Below the pieces are notes generated by a model. That model searched no databases. It worked only from the letters and a program-made list of their open reading frames with translations, and had not been told where the DNA came from. This document shows positions 26,000 to 32,215 of a stretch of 33,519 bases of DNA, piece by piece. The DNA lies in IMG/VR virus record IMGVR_UViG_3300045988_174234. One strand, given 5' to 3'. This DNA comes from a virus. Position numbers and translations under genes: made by a program. Numbering within the stretch: the first letter of the stretch is position 1; every line of letters starts with the position of its first letter.

Positions 26000-27046
26000 A
26001 TGAACATTGAAAAAGCAAAAATCTACGGTGTAGATAAAGTCGGCTCGTCCACCCCGTCCGCCCTTACGAGGACGGACGACGCCGTCGGGCTTTCCTATAC
26101 GGTCGGCACGACGGACATTGTAAGCGACTTTGACCGTTGCTATCCGTGGAGCGATATGCAAGAAGTAACCGACGCGTCGGGTAACGTATTTATCAAGATA
26201 CCGAAATTTTACTCTAAAATCACGAAAAACAGCAACGGAACATACAAACACCAAATATCGGGTATCCGATACGAAGGTTTTTCAACGTTGTTTGTTGACG
26301 GCGCGGGAAACGAACTCGATTACGTTCTCGTCGGCAAATACGAAGGGAGCGGGTCGTCGGCGCGTGTGTACTCGAAATCGGGCGCAACGGCACTTGTCAA
26401 TATTACTTGCGATAATTTCCGTACGGGTTGCAAGGCAAACGGCGCGGGTTATCAGCAATACGACTTCTTGATCGACCTTATTATCAAAGAATTGTGGCTC
26501 GTTGAAATGAAAACAACAAACTCACAATCGGTAATGTACGGCTACGCAAACGGCAACTCGGCGGCGATCGCTACGGGAAGAACGGACAGCGTAAAAACCC
26601 CGTCGGGGTCGGAAGTCAGCAACACCGACGGCAAACACGCGTCGAAATACCGCGGTATCGAGAATTTGTGGGGCAACGTTTACAAGTGGGTTGACGGCAT
26701 TTCGTTTTCCGACGAAAAAGTGTACGTTTGTTTCGACCCCGCATTTTATGCGGCGGGCAAAACCGCGTCGCCGTACGTTTATCAAGGCGACCGTTCGTCG
26801 GGCGGCGGCTATATTAAAAAGGTCGAACCGCTCGGACGCAACCCACTTATACAATACGCAACCGAAGTCGGCGGGAGTAACGCCACCTACTACGCGGATT
26901 ACGCGGACGTCTACGGCTCCGTCCTTGCCGTTGGTGGGTATTGGAGCGACACGACGGACGCGGGCTTGTGGTGTTGGGGCGGTGTTTACGGTCCGTCGAG
27001 CACGTACTCGGTCGTCGGGGGTCGCCTTTGCTATAAACCTCTTTAA
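26000..27046 (+). CDS. DGR target protein: FGE-sulfatase/C-type-lectin-fold receptor-binding candidate with C-terminal variable region
   Basis: 348 aa with SD gaaggagg. Contains GIENLWGNVYKWVDG and a C-terminal GGYWSDTTDAGLWCWGGVYGPSSTYSVVGGR encoded by the VR. Confidence 0.85.
   Translation: MNIEKAKIYGVDKVGSSTPSALTRTDDAVGLSYTVGTTDIVSDFDRCYPWSDMQEVTDASGNVFIKIPKFYSKITKNSNGTYKHQISGIRYEGFSTLFVDGAGNELDYVLVGKYEGSGSSARVYSKSGATALVNITCDNFRTGCKANGAGYQQYDFLIDLIIKELWLVEMKTTNSQSVMYGYANGNSAAIATGRTDSVKTPSGSEVSNTDGKHASKYRGIENLWGNVYKWVDGISFSDEKVYVCFDPAFYAAGKTASPYVYQGDRSSGGGYIKKVEPLGRNPLIQYATEVGGSNATYYADYADVYGSVLAVGGYWSDTTDAGLWCWGGVYGPSSTYSVVGGRLCYKPL
26901..27032 (+). repeat. DGR variable region (VR)
   Basis: Ungapped alignment to 27135-27266 at an offset of 234 nt. 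All differences fall at positions where the TR has A. Confidence 0.9.
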
Positions 27047-27058
27047 GAGAGGGATTGT

Positions 27059-27080
27059 CAAGGGGGATACCTCCCCCTTG
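27059..27080 (+). promoter_or_regulatory. GC-rich hairpin just downstream of VR (DGR target-recognition hairpin candidate)
   Basis: caaggggga (27059-27067), loop tacc, tcccccttg (27072-27080). A perfect 9-bp stem with a 4-nt loop, 13 nt after the stop codon. Confidence 0.6.
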
Positions 27081-27134
27081 GCGTCTATTCAATAGCGACA
27101 ATAAAAACATAAAGGGTATTGCGCGCACTCCCCG

Positions 27135-27266
27135 ACGCGAACGTCAACGGCTCCGTCCTTGCCGTTGGTGGGAATTGGAACAACACGACGAACGCGGGCT
27201 TGTGGAATTGGAACGGTAATTACGATCCGTCGAACACGAACTCGAACATCGGGGGTCGCATTTAAT
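27135..27266 (+). repeat. DGR template repeat (TR)
   Basis: Non-coding copy of the VR, rich in AAC/AAT codons. Within the 125-nt core (27135-27259), 18 of its 31 adenines are substituted in the VR. Confidence 0.9.
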
Positions 27267-27378
27267 CTTGATATTTATTTAGAGCGCGCATAATCCTTGC
27301 CCCTCGGCAAAAAACACTTCACAAAGAGGGCGGTTTAGTAAGTCATTGAAAGACCGCAAGAAGATTAAAGGATATTCT

Positions 27379-28527
27379 ATGAAAAGAGTCGGTTATTTGT
27401 ACGAGAAAATGTGCGACGTCGATTTTATCAAAACGGCAATCCGAAACGCCGCAAAAGGTAAAACCGACCGACTCTACGTCAAAGCGATATTGAGTGATAT
27501 TGACGGTTACGCACGAAAAATCAAAGCAATGCTCGAAACCGAAACGATAAAACTTTCGCCGAGTGAACATATCGAAATTTACGACAATTCTTGTTGTAAA
27601 ATACGACAAATCACAGTACCGAAATTTTACCCCGATCAAATCGTGCATTGGCTTATTATTACGGCATTAAACCCCGTAATAACGCGCGGTATGTACCGTT
27701 ATTGTTGTGGGAGCATACCTAACCGCGGCGGCATTGACGCGAAGGCTTACGTCGAAACGGCGATACGCGACGTCAAAATGCGTTATTGCGCAAAACTTGA
27801 CGTGTCAAAGTTTTTCGACAGCGTCCGCCCGCCGATATTGCTCGAAATGCTTAAAAGGAAAATCAAAGACGAAAAGGTTTTACGCCTTATCGGTCAAGTC
27901 CTCGAAAACGGCGGCGATCATCTACCGATCGGATATTATACGTCGCAATGGTTTTCAAATTTTTACTTGGAAGGTTTAGACCACTATATCAAAGAAGTAT
28001 TGCACGTCAAATACTACGTCCGATACGTTGACGATATGGTTTTGATAGACTCTAACAAGCGAAAGTTACACAAAGCGGTTGCGGCGATTGACAACTACTT
28101 GCACGGTATCGGATTAAAGATAAAAGGTAATTGGCAAGTTTGGAAACTCAACTCGCGCCCGATTGATTTTGTCGGGTATCGGTTTTATAAAAACAAAACC
28201 ATACTTCGCAAACGAATATTTTTTCGGCTATGTCGTCGAGTGCGCAAAGTTAGTAAAACGGGCTACACTACCCCGCGGCAAGCAATGAGCCTTTTATCCC
28301 TTATCGGGCGGCTATCGCATATCAACGGGCGAAACTTCTATAAAAAGAACATTTACCCGTACGCGCCGAAAAACAAACTTAAAAAGATTGTAAGTAATTA
28401 CAGTAAACAAAACGGAGGTAATCTCAAAAATGGCAAACGCAAAACAAAAAGTATTCAGCAAAGACAAATGGCTCGAAACGGCAAACGCGGACAAGGCGGC
28501 GGGGATACTCACTCAACGCGAAATTGA
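27379..28527 (+). CDS. DGR reverse transcriptase
   Basis: ATG at 27379 follows aaagga (the ORF track's TTG at 27346 is less likely). RT motifs present: RQITVPKFYPDQIV, GSIPNRGG, AKLDVSKFFDSV, LPIGYYTSQWFSNFYL (DGR-type I/LGxxxSQ), YVRYVDDMVLI and IDFVGYRF. Confidence 0.9.
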   Translation: MKRVGYLYEKMCDVDFIKTAIRNAAKGKTDRLYVKAILSDIDGYARKIKAMLETETIKLSPSEHIEIYDNSCCKIRQITVPKFYPDQIVHWLIITALNPVITRGMYRYCCGSIPNRGGIDAKAYVETAIRDVKMRYCAKLDVSKFFDSVRPPILLEMLKRKIKDEKVLRLIGQVLENGGDHLPIGYYTSQWFSNFYLEGLDHYIKEVLHVKYYVRYVDDMVLIDSNKRKLHKAVAAIDNYLHGIGLKIKGNWQVWKLNSRPIDFVGYRFYKNKTILRKRIFFRLCRRVRKVSKTGYTTPRQAMSLLSLIGRLSHINGRNFYKKNIYPYAPKNKLKKIVSNYSKQNGGNLKNGKRKTKSIQQRQMARNGKRGQGGGDTHSTRN

Positions 28528-28633
28528 CGACGCTTGCGAAATTTGGGTCAACGACCTTGACGGCAAGTCAAAAGAGGAAATCGCCGACAACAACGGCGCG
28601 TCGCTCCGCGACGAGTGGTTTGTAGAGGTGTAA
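28430..28633 (+). CDS. Small acidic hypothetical protein
   Basis: 67-aa ORF with SD acggagg. Overlaps the last 98 nt of the RT ORF in another frame. Confidence 0.5.
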   Translation: MANAKQKVFSKDKWLETANADKAAGILTQREIDDACEIWVNDLDGKSKEEIADNNGASLRDEWFVEV

Positions 28634-28634
28634 A

Positions 28635-28970
28635 ATGAACGTTTGGGCAACGATCTTAACCGCGATTATAAGTACGTCCGTCGGCGCGGTGGTAACGGCG
28701 ATTGTCGGCAACTTCAAAAGCGGACACGCAAAAAACAAAGCAATGCAAAGCGGCTTGCAAAGTCTTTTGCGCGCCGAAATCATACGACAGCACGAAAAAT
28801 ACACCGACCGCGGCTATTGTCAGATTTATGCAAAAGACGCATTGCGTCGGGAGTATGAGTCGTATCACTTGCTCGGCGGTAACGGCGTTATCACGGACTT
28901 ATACAACGACTTGATCTCATTGCCCGAACTTCCGCCCCACCCCGACAACGAAAACAAAACGGAGGATTAA
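28635..28970 (+). CDS. N-terminally membrane-anchored protein (lysis-cassette component?)
   Basis: 111 aa. Contains one N-terminal TM helix (WATILTAIISTSVGAVVTAIVG). Confidence 0.5.
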   Translation: MNVWATILTAIISTSVGAVVTAIVGNFKSGHAKNKAMQSGLQSLLRAEIIRQHEKYTDRGYCQIYAKDALRREYESYHLLGGNGVITDLYNDLISLPELPPHPDNENKTED

Positions 28971-28977
28971 AAAACTT

Positions 28978-29379
28978 ATGGATTGGCAAAGTATTATAAT
29001 CAAAATCGTTTCCGCCCTACTCGCCACGCTCGGCGCGTGGGTTTTGGCAAAGGTTAAAAGCCTTATCAATACCAAAATCAAAAACGAAAAAGCGCGCAAT
29101 CTTTTACAAGGCGCAACGAACGTTGTTTCAAATGCCGTAAAGGCAACATATCAAACGTACGTCGAGTCTATCAAAGGTACGGACGCTTGGACGAAAGACG
29201 CGCAAGAGGAGGCGTTAAAACTTGCAATCGCGGCGGCGCGTATGCAGTTGTCGGCGGACGTCGAAAAATTTATAAACGACAACTTCGGCGACGTCGAAAC
29301 GTGGATAAAGTCGCAAATCGAGGCAACGCTTTACGACTTGAAAAATAAGCCTTTGGAGGTACAAAATGAAAACGGTTAA
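28978..29379 (+). CDS. Holin, LL-H-like family
   Basis: N-terminal TM helix followed by ...NVVSNAVKATYQTYVESIKG...DVEKFINDNFGDVETWIKSQIEA. This resembles Holin_LLH members as I recall them. Confidence 0.6.
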   Translation: MDWQSIIIKIVSALLATLGAWVLAKVKSLINTKIKNEKARNLLQGATNVVSNAVKATYQTYVESIKGTDAWTKDAQEEALKLAIAAARMQLSADVEKFINDNFGDVETWIKSQIEATLYDLKNKPLEVQNENG

Positions 29380-29782
29380 AGCAATTATGTTTTGGCTTTT
29401 GTCGCTAACGTGGGGCGCGCTTATGACGCTTTGCGGCGGCGTTGTTGCCCTTGCCTTGCTTGTAACGGGGCATAAACCGAAACGATTTCATTATTTGATT
29501 TATTTTGAAGTCGGGAGCGGTTGGGGCGGCTTTGAACTCGGCGCGTTTTTCGTCGTCAACAAAACCCCGTCTTTACATATCTTGCAACACGAAAGCGGAC
29601 ACGGTTTACAAAATATTATGCTCGGCGTGTTTATGCCTTTTATCGTCAGTATTCCCTCTTGTATTCGCTATTGGTGGCGCGAGTACAAAATACGAAAAGG
29701 ACTCGGCAACACTTTACCGCCCTACGATCGAATATGGTTTGAAGGTTGGGCAACCCGCCTCGGCGAAAAACATTTTAATTGA
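29366..29782 (+). CDS. Polytopic membrane protein with HExxH motif (DUF3267-like putative zincin)
   Basis: 138 aa with multiple hydrophobic helices. Contains LQHESGHGLQN. Confidence 0.55.
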   Translation: MKTVKAIMFWLLSLTWGALMTLCGGVVALALLVTGHKPKRFHYLIYFEVGSGWGGFELGAFFVVNKTPSLHILQHESGHGLQNIMLGVFMPFIVSIPSCIRYWWREYKIRKGLGNTLPPYDRIWFEGWATRLGEKHFN

Positions 29783-29788
29783 TAAAAC

Positions 29789-29818
29789 AAAAACGCCCTC
29801 GCAAGAAGGCGTTTTTTA
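29789..29818. terminator. Bidirectional intrinsic terminator between convergent operons
   Basis: aaaacgccctc-gcaa-gaaggcgtttttt. There is an A-run upstream and a T-run downstream. Confidence 0.7.
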
Positions 29819-29833
29819 TTGCTTGTTTTGGCG

Positions 29834-30490
29834 TTAGTCGTCGATATGTTCGCCGACAATCTTTATATTGCAACCGTAATTTTGCCCGTCGCTACCGCCC
29901 GTTATATCGGCGATTTCGCCGTCAAGTGTAAACCGTTCGTCAAACTCGCCTACAAATTCCCACGCAAGATCCGATTTGATACGACCGATACGCTTACGCG
30001 TCCGCGCGTTTATGACGTCCACGCTTTCGGGGTATTCCTCGGTTGGCTTGTGTTTGATTAAAAGCGGGTCGCCGACGTTGCTTTTTTGTATGTTTTCTTG
30101 GCAATTATCAAACGATACGCCGACCGCCTTTGTAAATATCGGAAAACTCAACGTCGTTGCGGGCGACGTTACCGCGGCGTCGCTCATTTTGATTATATGC
30201 GGATTTTCGGTTGTCGTAATTTTTTTACGGCTTTCAAGTGCGGCTCGTTCCGTTTGTTTGGCGTCGCGAGCGGCTTTTGTTTCTTTCGCCCGCGCTTTGA
30301 TTGCAAACACGGTAAATACAACGCCGACGGCAAGCAATGCGCAAATTATCAACGCTTGCCACGTTTGCATATTTTCGCCGTTTTCCCCTACGCTACCGCC
30401 GACAACGCCCGCAAAGATAAATAACGGTAACCACGATACAACGGCAATTATAACGCGTACAACGCGTTTAAGATTATAAAACCACTTCAT
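29834..30490 (-). CDS. Membrane-anchored HIRAN-domain protein
   Basis: Two N-terminal TM helices. C-terminal FTKAVGVSF..CQENI....VGDPLLIKHKPTEEYPESVDVIN.....IGRIKSDLAWEF...GEIADITGG...GCNIKI matches the bacterial HIRAN pattern. SD aaggag overlaps the end of the repressor gene. Confidence 0.7.
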   Translation of the reverse strand: MKWFYNLKRVVRVIIAVVSWLPLFIFAGVVGGSVGENGENMQTWQALIICALLAVGVVFTVFAIKARAKETKAARDAKQTERAALESRKKITTTENPHIIKMSDAAVTSPATTLSFPIFTKAVGVSFDNCQENIQKSNVGDPLLIKHKPTEEYPESVDVINARTRKRIGRIKSDLAWEFVGEFDERFTLDGEIADITGGSDGQNYGCNIKIVGEHIDD

Positions 30491-30496
30491 ACAAAA

Positions 30497-30898
30497 TCAC
30501 TCCTTATTTTTCTTGATTTCTTTTTCAAGGTCGTATGCGTACATTAAAAGAGCGGTTTTGTGGCGCATATCGAAAGACTCGCATACCTTCAGTAATTCCC
30601 GCTCGTATTCGGTCAAATCCCCGCCGACATTGCCCGCTACGTTTGCAATGTTATTCGAGTTATTGTTACCGATTATTTGTTGTACGGGTGCGTCGCGTGG
30701 CGGTCGCCCCGTAATAAGGTAGTCAAGCGACACGCCGAAATATTCGGCGATTTTTGCATAAAAGACAGCCGACGGCTCGCGTTTTCCCGTTTTCCACTCC
30801 GAAACCGTTGTCGGGCGCACGTTTAACGCTCGCGCGAGGTCGCCTTGCTTTTTTCCTTGCTTTTTCAAAAGGTCGAAAATCCGTTCGGAAACCGTCAT
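30497..30898 (-). CDS. XRE-family (CI-like) repressor
   Basis: ATG at 30898 lies 9 nt after aaggag (MTVSERIFDLLKKQGKKQGDLARALNVRPTTVSEWKTGKREP...). No S24 peptidase domain is visible. Confidence 0.8.
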   Translation of the reverse strand: MTVSERIFDLLKKQGKKQGDLARALNVRPTTVSEWKTGKREPSAVFYAKIAEYFGVSLDYLITGRPPRDAPVQQIIGNNNSNNIANVAGNVGGDLTEYERELLKVCESFDMRHKTALLMYAYDLEKEIKKNKE

Positions 30899-30949
30899 AT
30901 AAAAAAGACTCCTTGAAAGATAAATTTTTCGTTTACACTTCAAGAAGTC

Positions 30950-30978
30950 TTGACTTTCTCGGTCGTTCGATATATAAT
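30950..30978 (+). promoter_or_regulatory. Rightward near-consensus promoter, divergent from the repressor gene
   Basis: TTGACT-ttctcggtcgttcgata(17)-TATAAT. Confidence 0.65.
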
Positions 30979-30984
30979 AGTAGT

Positions 30985-31187
30985 ACGATTATCGACGCAC
31001 CGAGAAAAACGGGCGTCGTTATATCGTTAGCCGTGTTATAACCGAGTCGCAAGATATGAAGTGTAATGATTGTAGCAAATCTATTATATCAAATCTTTAC
31101 GGCGAAGTCAATAACGCGGCTATTCCTTTATTAAAAATCTCGGTATAACGATAAAACGCCCTCCACTATCGGAAGGCGTTTATTTTT
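30985..31187 (+). ncRNA. Candidate ~200-nt short transcript (sRNA or leader) in the immunity region
   Basis: It would start about 7 nt after the -10 box. 5' hairpin acgat-tat-cgacgc/gcgtcg-ttat-atcgt (30985-31027). 3' intrinsic terminator aaacgccctcc/ggaaggcgttt plus tatttttc (31154-31187). The only ORF inside is 30 codons long and has no SD. Confidence 0.4.
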
Positions 31188-31231
31188 CTCGAAAAAAATA
31201 AAAATATTTTTTGAAAAAGTGCGTAAAACGG

Positions 31232-31260
31232 TTGACTTATCATAGTAACTATGATATAAT
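31232..31260 (+). promoter_or_regulatory. Near-consensus promoter with an embedded perfect 9+1+9 palindromic operator
   Basis: TTGACT (31232-31237), 17-nt spacer, TATAAT (31255-31260). TATCATAGT-A-ACTATGATA occupies 31238-31256. Confidence 0.7.
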
Positions 31261-31319
31261 ATAATCACAAAGGTTGAGGGAAACAAAAACCTTTGAAATC
31301 AAAAAAAGGAGGTGCGAAT

Positions 31320-31451
31320 ATGGACAACATAACAAAAGCCTTGCAAGACTTGGCAAAAGCGGTTGAAAGTAACGACACGGTGGAACGAGTCAAAGTTACA
31401 ATAACACTTAAAAAACCAAAGACAAGCAAGGCACAAACCAAAGCCGAGTAA
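31320..31451 (+). CDS. Small early protein, 43 aa
   Basis: ATG at 31320 follows aaaaaggaggtgcgaat. Translation is MDNITKALQDLAKAVESNDTVERVKVTITLKKPKTSKAQTKAE. Below the ORF-track size cutoff. Confidence 0.55.
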   Translation: MDNITKALQDLAKAVESNDTVERVKVTITLKKPKTSKAQTKAE

Positions 31452-31553
31452 ATCGGCAAGGCAGAGCGGGCGGGAAACCGCCCCTCGTAAGTCCTATTTT
31501 ATCATATTTTAGTCGGGTTTGTCAAATCAAAATGCCCGCGATAGGAGGACAAA

Positions 31554-31772
31554 ATGCAAAATCAATCAAAAAGACCGTACAAAATAACCGTAATTTTAAG
31601 CGGTAGGACAAATCAAGTCGAAAATCCTAACCCCGACGGGTCGTACACTTTTAGCCCGTTCGGCAACGCCCGCACGTCGGAAAAATCGGCGATTGCCGCA
31701 ACACGGCGTTTTTACTCCCTTTGCGGTTACAAGGTCGAAAAAATTATTAAAATCGAAAAAACGGAGGTGTAA
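31554..31772 (+). CDS. Hypothetical early protein
   Basis: 72-aa ORF with SD ataggagg. Confidence 0.55.
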   Translation: MQNQSKRPYKITVILSGRTNQVENPNPDGSYTFSPFGNARTSEKSAIAATRRFYSLCGYKVEKIIKIEKTEV

Positions 31773-31773
31773 T

Positions 31774-31944
31774 ATGACGATCGAAAAAAACGGTAAAACT
31801 TACAAGGTGGCGGAAAACGCGAAATCGTGGACGGTATCCATATTAAGCGATTGCAACGTAACGGCAACGGCGAAAATATCAAAAACCGATTGCCCTACTT
31901 TCGACGACGTAAAAGCGTTTATCGCCGAAAACGACTTATTTTAA
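31774..31944 (+). CDS. Hypothetical early protein, 56 aa
   Basis: ATG at 31774 follows acggaggtg (MTIEKNGKTYKV...). Confidence 0.5.
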   Translation: MTIEKNGKTYKVAENAKSWTVSILSDCNVTATAKISKTDCPTFDDVKAFIAENDLF

Positions 31945-31956
31945 CGGAGGTACAAA

Positions 31957-32151
31957 ATGGCACGGAGTGAGGCACAAAAAGCCGCCGACGCAAGATACGC
32001 AAAAAAAATAAACGGAAAATACAAGCCGTTTATTGTAAATCTTGATCCCGCCGAACTTGCCCGCATTAACGCCGTTATAGCGGCGTCGGGTATGAAAAAA
32101 GCCGAGTTTTTGCGTTGGGCGGTCGGCGAATTGGAAAACAAAAACAAATAA
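31957..32151 (+). CDS. Ribbon-helix-helix protein
   Basis: KPFIVNLDPAELARINAVIAASGMKKAEFLRWAV shows a strand-helix-helix pattern. SD acggagg. Confidence 0.55.
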   Translation: MARSEAQKAADARYAKKINGKYKPFIVNLDPAELARINAVIAASGMKKAEFLRWAVGELENKNK

Positions 32152-32166
32152 TCAAAAAAATAGGTA

Positions 32167-32202
32167 AAGCGGGTTGCCCTATCGGTAGCCCGCTTTTGTT
32201 TT
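32167..32202 (+). terminator. Intrinsic terminator candidate
   Basis: aagcggg (32167-32173) pairs with cccgctt (32189-32195). Followed by ttgtttt. Confidence 0.5.
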
Positions 32203-32215
32203 ACGGAGGTTAAAA

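Larger units (their letters stand above)
26000..28527 (+). mobile_element. Diversity-generating retroelement cassette (target/VR - TR - RT)
   Basis: VR/TR pair with adenine-specific mismatches plus an adjacent DGR-type RT. See the component features. Confidence 0.9.

Noticed and set aside
25994-26002. The small Mtd-N-like gene and the DGR target gene are in the same frame, separated only by TAA plus one codon (possible stop-codon read-through fusion)
   Set aside because: A strong GGAGG SD lies 8 nt upstream of ATG 26000, which argues for independent initiation. Same-frame placement has a 1-in-3 chance expectation. No read-through context was recognised.
27346-27378. TTG at 27346 as the RT start (as in the ORF track)
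   Set aside because: ATG 27379 has an aaagga SD-like element upstream. RT homology (MKRVGYLYEKM...) begins there. The extra 11 residues are likely untranslated DGR spacer RNA.
31056-31148. 30-codon ORF (MKCNDCSKSIISNLYGEVNNAAIPLLKISV) inside the short immunity-region transcript
   Set aside because: There is no Shine-Dalgarno sequence upstream (accgagtcgcaagat), whereas almost every real gene here has GGAGG. It is kept only as an alternative in the sRNA finding.
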